DNA of 38,885 nucleotides from Octopus bimaculoides. Lineage: Eukaryota. This document shows, piece by piece, positions 12,001-20,908 of the stretch. The notes below the pieces were generated by a model. The model searched no databases, was not told where the DNA came from, and saw only the letters and a list, made by a program, of their open reading frames with translations. The translations under genes and the position numbers were made by a program. The stretch's first letter is position 1, and each line of letters opens with the position of its first letter. The stretch lies in contig NC_068982.1 in NCBI RefSeq assembly GCF_001194135.2, positions 64,037,956 to 64,076,840 of the forward strand, in the 5' to 3' direction.

Positions 12001-15000
12001 GAAATCGACCCCAGGACTTATTCTTTGTAAGCCTAGTACTTATTCTATCGGTCTCTTTTGCCGAACCGCTAAGTGACTGGGACGTAAACACACCAGCATC
12101 GGTTGTGAAGTGATGTTGGGGGACAAACACAGACACACAAACATACATATACATTTATATATATATGACGCGTAATCACAGAGGTGTGAGTTCGAGTCCC
12201 ACAGTTAACCACCTACACGTTTTTCTGCAAAATAGGGGTAGTTTATCCTGTTCAGGCTATATTATTAGCATTATCCTGCATTTGAGAATTTAAAATCACT
12301 TTAACTTTCTAAGACATCTCAACGCTTCTAAAGCAAACTTCGTTTGTCGTAATTTGAATTTATATATATATATATATATACATATATATATACGACGGGC
12401 TTCTTTCAGTTTCCATCTACCAAATCCACTCACAAGGCTTTGGTCGGCCCGAAGCTATAGTAGAAGACACTTGCCCAAGGTGCCACACAGTGGGACTGAA
12501 CCTGGAACCATGTGGTTGGTAGTCAAGCTACTTACCACGCAGCCACTCCTGCGCCTATACTCTCCACTTCTTAGTGCAGACACTCATCAAGACTCCTACA
12601 AAATTTTGTTCTCCACTCCAGCCATACTTATGTACACATACACACCAGTGGCTTCAAACCAGTTAGTTCCTCTGTGTATCGCCATTTTTTCAATTACCCT
12701 CAAACATTATATTCCAGAATTAGACCTTCATTAATCTTTCTCTTTACAAGGACCCATTCATACTAAAGTGTCTCCTGATGACCCTGCCAGCTCCTGACCT
12801 ATTGCCTTTACTTTCAATATCTCTGAGATAGAAAGGGTCATAACAAGCCTATATCTTTCACCAGCGGTTCCACAACCTTGAGAAATCTGGCAAAAGTAGT
12901 ATTATACTTGATATCAGCAAGCCATTTAAGTTTGGCATGAGAATCTCTTAGCTAAGCTGCCTACATAATAAGCTCTTTCTGCCTCTCATGTTTTGCATTA
13001 AAAGCTTCATATCATTACCACTGCAGCATGTGCTGATGAGTCTTTCTCTCTGGTATACACTATCAACCTTCACGTGCTTAGGTATATCGTTAACAATATT
13101 CACTTCTCTGCAGATAATGTGCTCATCACTCCTCACTAGCCTTCTACACGCACAGAAGTCATCCTCATGCAACCTAGACCCTACCTCCATTAACAGGAGA
13201 TACCTCAATAATTTTCTAAAGGAACCTGAGTCTTGTCTTTTTCAACAGTAAACAGTAACAATTACATATCAAAGGTTATCTTGTTCGTCGTCCTCTGCAT
13301 ATTGTTCAACTCTAGTGCCTTGGAAACTTCCTTTTAACATCCTTAGAGTGCTACGAATGCTACACCTGCCAATTATCAATGGTCTCTCTCTTAAATTCAA
13401 TGTAGAAATGAATCACACCCTGTTGATTATCCATCCTTTTTTAAAGACATAAAACACTTCATTCCTGGCTCTGGCTCTCTAAAATGTTCAAGTGAGACCA
13501 ACAATGGAATATAGCTTCCACATGTGGAATGATGATGCTTCTTCATATGCTAACAACAGCTGGATAGCTTTCTTTGGACTGCATCCAAAAGAAGTTATCC
13601 AGCTGATTGAACAAGGACTCATCAACCCACTACAATCTCTATCTTACAGACATGCTGTCTGTAATTGTTCTAATTTGCAAAAGTTATTTATTTATGTTAG
13701 CGTAGGAAAGTGTATAAGAAAGAGTAAGCAAAAATGAAAACAAATGCAAAACCCTAAACGAGAATATTTTTTAATGATATTCTGTCAAAAACCAATTACA
13801 AATTTGATATTATCTTTTTTTTGTAGGCAATTAAGTTAAACAATGAAAACAAAGACAAACAAAGTTTTAAACGTTCAAAAAACTTTGAAAAAAAGCTCAA
13901 GGTAAGTAAAGTTCACTTGTATTTATTTTTTTGTTGTTTTTATTTTGTAATTTGAGTCCAGAAACTTGGTGAATGATTATCTGAGTACTGACATTCATTT
14001 GTTCTGATTTTACATTTAACTCATTTTACCTTGGCAATTTCATGGTCCATTCAAAATAATTGTTGCTTATTATTTTTCTATTTATATGTCAATCCAATGA
14101 CAAAGGCAAAATATAGTAAATAGTTTTTATTCAAATATTTTTGGTGTCAAAAATAATCCATTAAATCTCAAAGCTATGAGATAATGTATGGTTGATTCTA
14201 AACAATGGGAATAAATAAGCATTAGATTTGACTGAGTGGAGGCGCAATAGCCCAGTGGTTAGGGCAGCGGACTCGCGGTTTCAATTCCCAGACCGGGCGT
14301 TGTAAGTGTTTATTGAGCAAAAAACACCTAAAGCTCCACGAGGCTCCGGCAGGGGATGGTGGCGAACCCTGCTGTACTCTTTCACCACAATTTTCTCTTA
14401 CTCTTTCTTCCTGTTTCTGTTGTACCTGTAATTCAAAGGGTCAGCCTTGTCACGCTGAATCTCCCCCGAGAACTACGTTAAGGGTACACGTGTCTGTGGA
14501 GTGCTCAGCCACTTGCATGTTAATTTCACAAGCAGGCTGTTCCATTGATTGGATCAACTGGAACCCTCGACGTCGTAAGCGACAGAGTGCCAACAACAAC
14601 AGATTTGACTGAGTAATCTGAATACTGCAGGGTCAAAAGGAAGCAAGGCAATCAACATTTATTGCATGCAAAATTAGGAAGTAATTGTTACATATCTTGA
14701 CTTATACTATTTTAAATGTCTAACACACATTGGTTTTCTTTTTATGTCCTGTACCTTACCATTACCATCTCTTTCCCATCAGATAGTGTAATACCACAAG
14801 GCAGCGATTTCAATAGCTATCTTCAAGGTACTTCAGAGTAGCTATTTTGTTGGAACGCTATACTAACTCAATACTGACTACCTTTGACTTCATACTTGAG
14901 CTATCTAAGCAGGTGACTGAAACCATCCTTCGAGATATATATATGTCCACACTCTCTATAGGAGTAAAATCCAACCTTGGTAATAAATATCAGATTGGAG

Positions 15001-18000
15001 CCTGGTGTAGCCATCTGGTTCACCAATCCTCAGTCAAATTGTCCAACCCATGCAAGCATGGAAAGCGGACGTTAAACGATGATGATGATGAAATAGAAAT
15101 ATTTCTGTGTGAAAGGTTTCTATTACTTATAGTATACAAATCAATTGTTTTTACCAGAGAATTTTGCATAAAAATGAGAATGAATATACTCGAGATTTGG
15201 CTGAGTTGCTGCATCAGCACACAGACTTTAAAATGAAAATTTATTTCAGTTTTAGTTAAGTTTCAAATTACCTTAATTTTAGGGATGGATTGTCACTTAA
15301 CAGATACTGCAAAATCTTGTAACCTACATGAAAATCATTCATTCAATAATTCTTTCAAAATATTCTGTCAGTATTTATCAAATAATTATAAAATATTACT
15401 AAATACCCTAATTTTTAAAAAACTTATCTAGGATCCTGACAAAACACCAAGTACTGTTGGCTTTCAACCATTTTCTGCTACACATCCTGATAGTCAAGAG
15501 AAAGAAGAAGAAAAAGAAGTGAGTCACATTTCAAAACAATGTTCTATTGTATGTAATCTTGCAGCCAGCAAAAGCAAAATATACATGAAGTACAGAAACA
15601 TTAGTTTTCTCTTCAAATTCTTTTATAGATCACCTGTTGTATAATAGTAAGAAATAAACTGTTTCTATAAAATTCGATATTGTTTAGTATGTTATTCTGT
15701 GTTAGTCTGAGATCAGTTATTTGACTGAACATAACAAATATGCCATCTTATAGCTTCTTTGGGAGCATAGGATGACGTCCATGTTAATCTTGTTTGAACT
15801 TCATTGCTCTAGGTATTGTTGACTTTGTATTATGAAAACTTTAATCTCTTAAACATATTAAGAAATTTGAATCAAGTGATTACTTAAACATTCTCTTGTT
15901 GCTTCTCAGAATTGTATATCACTATTCTAAAAGTTGAAAAACAAGTTATTAAACCCTACTATTGTTTGTGTATTACATTTCATGCCAAGTTAGGGTATAA
16001 ACATTATTTCAATTGTTCTGACTTCAGATCCCACTCTGGTCAGCTCTGATTCTCATTTATCAGTAGTCAATGAAATAAAATACCAGTAAATTTGTTGTGG
16101 TCAATTTAATTGACCTCCTCCAAACACACACATTTTACCCATATTAGAAGTTAATATAAAAAAAAATGAATTTAACAAAGATTTTTACTTTTTAATTTTC
16201 ACTAACTTCAGCACTGTAATAGCATCTTTAAAAAATGCTTCTTTATCTACATTCCTCCAGGTTGTAAAACCTCGACGAAAAGGACTTTCTGAAAGTTTTG
16301 TAATGGAAGGTGGCATGAGAGACACAAGTTAGTATATTCTCATTTTATAATTGAATTTGGTTTTATCTTTTGTGTGCTGTTTAAATGATTATGTAGGCTA
16401 AATTGAAAGCACCAGCTTTTTAATTTAGCATGGTTTGTGTGTAAAATTCACATGATTTAGGGATTTTGAACATGAGGAACTCTTGTCAGATGTTTGAATT
16501 GATATCTTATTAACTCTGTTTGATAAAGACATCATCTCACATTGAAAAAGCTGGGCTCTACCAAGCTTGCCAAAAATAGTTATAATTGCAACATTATTTT
16601 GCTATAAGACATTTAGACTGTATTTTGTGCTGAGAACCTTTTGTAACAAAAGTGCTAGCCAGTATATAAACTTCATACAGACACAAATGTCTAACATTTG
16701 CTATCATAATCCTACTTTCAGTGCTAAACTTATTTCCTCTTTTTCTTTTTCAGGGTATGATCGTGATAGAGAAGAACGATCGGATAACCCAAGGAAAGGT
16801 AACACAATATATGTTTATGGTCACAAAGTTACAGAAGAATTGCTGCGGAAGGCATTTGAAAATATTGGTCCTATTGTAAATGTAACGATGGAACTAGAAA
16901 GAAAGTAGGTTTTTGAATACTCTTAATCTTAATTTGTTGTATTCACATTCTAAATCGAAAATACATTAAAGAACATAATTTCCCAGGTTTACAAACATTT
17001 ATGTAATATTGAAATCATAAAATACTAAGTTATTGACTTACTGTTCATTACATCTAGTTTATAGTATTGTATAGATAACTGTATTTGGTCTATTCTGAGA
17101 CAACAGTATCATTGACACTAGATGAAATATTGCTTGGCTTTAATAAACGGATTTAGACCAAAAAATATGATATTAGTACTCATGCAAACGATTACATTTG
17201 CAAACACAGCCCTTTCATATCAAATTTGAACAACTTTACTCTTAGAAATCTGTTTAAGAAAAAAATCGTAAAATACATAAATGAACTAATATAATTAAAT
17301 ATTTGCCCACACCTACTAAATATATCATTTTATGTCAATAAACATTTGATGTAGCAGCTTATGCTTGGCATAACCCAAACTGCACTTCATCTTGGCTATT
17401 TCTCTTCCTAATCAATTGTGATATAACTCTTTCAGTAATTTTCGTAACCTGGTTCAACTTAGTGCTTTTTTAAATTCCCTCTCTTATGCATATTTGCTGT
17501 TATAGTAGTTAATGATGATGACACCACTATGCTAATCATTGTGTGGAGGCGCAATGGCCCAGTGGTTAGGGCAGCGAACTCGCGGTTTCAATTCCCAGAC
17601 CGGGCATTGTGAGTGTTTATTGAGCAAAAACACCTAAAGCTCCACGAGGCTCTGGCAGAGGATGGTGGCGAACCCTGCTGTACTCATCCACCACAACTTT
17701 CTCTCACTCTTCCTTCCTGTTTCTGTTGTGCCTGTATTTCAAAGGGTCAGCCTTGTCACACAGTGTCACGCTGAATATCTCCGAGAACTACGTTAAGGGT
17801 AGACCTGTCTGTGGAGTGCTCAGCCATTTGCACGTTAATTTCACGAGCAGGCTGTTCTGTTGATCGGATCAACTGGAACCCTCGACATCGTAAGCGATGG
17901 AGTGCCAACAACAACAAAGCTAATCATTGTGTATGACACCTTCCTATACTGAGTGACATTCAATTGTTCACCTGCCTTCCTTGTTGCCATGTACTTTACA

Positions 18001-20877
18001 GCTAGTCTCTCTGTTGAGTTTACTTGGAGTTGGTTTCTTTTCTATCCCATGCATTCTAATTATTCATCATCCTCTCATAATAGCAATTCTATACTTCCCT
18101 TTATTCTATCATATGTAAGGATAGGTTCATTGCTACCATTCCTTACATGTTTCTCTCAACATCTTGATTTTTCTCTAGCAGCTTCAATGTAGGACACCTC
18201 AGTGGCAGACATTTTACTTCTTTCCCTTTGGGAAAGCAGTTAAGTAAGAGGTCTTTTCATGATGAACATTTATATATATATGCATGAGAAAGCGAAAGCG
18301 AAACCGTCAATGGCACCTGTGCCCAGCATCGCCTTCCTGGCACTTGTGTCAGATGGCACATGTAAAGACATTCAAGCGAGATCGTTGCCAGTGCCACTGA
18401 ACTGGCTCCTATGCAGGTGGCACGTAAAATACACCATTTTGAGCCTGACTGGCCTTCGTGCCGGTGGCACGTAAAAACACCCACTACACTCTCAGAGTGG
18501 TTGGCGTTAGGAAGGGCATCCAGTTGTAGAAACTCTGTCAAATCAGATTGGAGCTTGGTGTAGCCATCTGGTTTCACCAATCCTCAGTCAAATCGTCCAA
18601 CCCATGCTAGCATGGAAAGCGGACGTTAAATGACGATGATGATATATATATATATTCATTTCTTTTTATTGATACCCACCATCTCTTGCTCATTTTTCTG
18701 CATGTGTGCAAAATAATGATTTTCCTAAATATCTTTTCAGTCATCAATTATTTCTTTCTTTGCACACATTAAATTTCTTATTTACTTTTATAATTATTAA
18801 CATTTTTGCTTTCACAACATTTCAAAAAGAATATCTATTTTCCATCACTAATTTGTCAGTCAATCAGTATAATGTTATTTATTCATGTGAAATTGCCAAA
18901 ACAATGTAAAATGGGTAATGCACAAAACTGAAATTACTTCAAGTATTTTGAACCAGACAATCAATAAGAAGAATTACAAAGGCTTGTGCAAAGGAATCTT
19001 CAGGAAAAACGCTTACGAGTCATCCTTCACACATTCTTGTGTTGTTGTTGTTGTTGTTGGCACTCTATCGCGGGTTCCAGTTGATCCGATCAACGGAACA
19101 GCCTGCTCGTGAAATTAACGTGCAAGTGGTTGAGCACTCCACAGACACGTGTACCCTTAACGTAGTTCTCGGGGATATTCAGCATGACACAGTGTGACAG
19201 GGCTGACCCTTTGAATTACAGGCACAACAGAAACAGGAAGTAAGAGTGAGAGAAAGTTGTGGTGAAAGAGTACAGCAGGGTTCGCCACCATCCCCTGCCG
19301 GAACCTCGTGGAGCTTTAGGTGTTTTCATTCAATAAACACTCACAACGCCTGGTCTGTGAATCGAAACCTCGAGTCCACTGCCCTAACCACTGGGCCATT
19401 GCGCCTCCACTCACACATGCACACACCAACAAAAGAAACACCACAATATAGCTCACATGTGAAGATTGAGAGATCAAAACACTGACTACAGCATTAAGTG
19501 GAGGGTTCTCAAAACAGCAAAGCCATATATAAATGCCTTGAGGAAATGTAGTTTTACATACCCTGTTTAAAACGAGTTCTGATAAATATCTAAATACAAC
19601 AAAGGAGATATTCACCTGGTGTATCATGCAAATAAATTCATCATGTCTTACTGGAAAATACCACCACATAGATCTGGCTGGGCATGTCATACATTTTATA
19701 TTTTTTTACAATACTTGTACTAACACTTCTATAAACTTTCATCTCACAATTTTCTTCCAGTTGTGCTTGAACATACACCAGCACACTTCCGATATGAACC
19801 TTCATAAATACTCCATCTTATTAAAAAATATTACAGACACTATCAAGAAGTAACTTCAACTTTTTTAATAATCCAGTGGACTCAACCTCAATCTCTGTAG
19901 ATCTGAGTTAGCATGCCTACTACAATACTTACTTTTATTTGCGGCTACTGTTTTCTCATGCATTATCACTGGCCATTATGAGGTATGTAGTGAGACAGCC
20001 AGATGATTGCAATAAGCAGAGATGTTCTAATTTTATATCAAATCAACCAAATATCTTCAGGAAACTTAAATTGCTTTTCAAAACTTTTAAGTTACTGTAT
20101 ATAAGACACATACACAAATATGTTTATTTTGTCTAATTTTTATTTTTTATTTTGGTAGTTGTGGTTTTGTTACTTTTGAAAAAGTTGAATTTGCTGAGCA
20201 AGCTATTGCTATGGTATGTATATACTAATTTTAAATAATGTTTGTGGGAGGTATTTTTAAATAAAATAGAAACATAGATTGTAAACAAATTAAAACCTTA
20301 TGACATTGACTGCAATGTGATTTTTAGATTATTTATGAATGTTTATTTCATGAGTAATGGATAAATAACACTCATCCCAACTTTCTTTGCTATTGTATTC
20401 AGGTAAATGGCTGTATGATATCCGATGTTCAGTTAAAAGTATCTATGGCAAGGCGACAACCTTCTTTTAATCAACCTCAGGAGCAAGCTTCATCACAATC
20501 ACCATCATGGGGAACAATAGGTAAACTTTTAATGTCAAAATATATATTCATTTATCGACAAAATTCAGTCAAATGGCTGATGAAATGCTTTGCAGTATTG
20601 GTTACTTCCCTTTACACTTTCTTCAAATTCCGCTGGCATCATCTTAGCTTATCATCTTCCTGGAGTTTATACTCTTTTACTTGTTTCAGTCATTTGACTT
20701 TGGCCATGCTGGAGCACCGCCTTTAGTCGAGCAAATCGACCCCAGGACTTATTCTTTGGAGGCCTAGTACTTATTCTATCGGTTTCTTTTGCTGAACCGC
20801 TAAGTTATGAGGACGTAAACACCCCAGCATCGGTTGTCAGGCGATGTTGGGAGACAAACACAGACACACAAACATAT

Positions 20878-20908
<31 letters not shown>

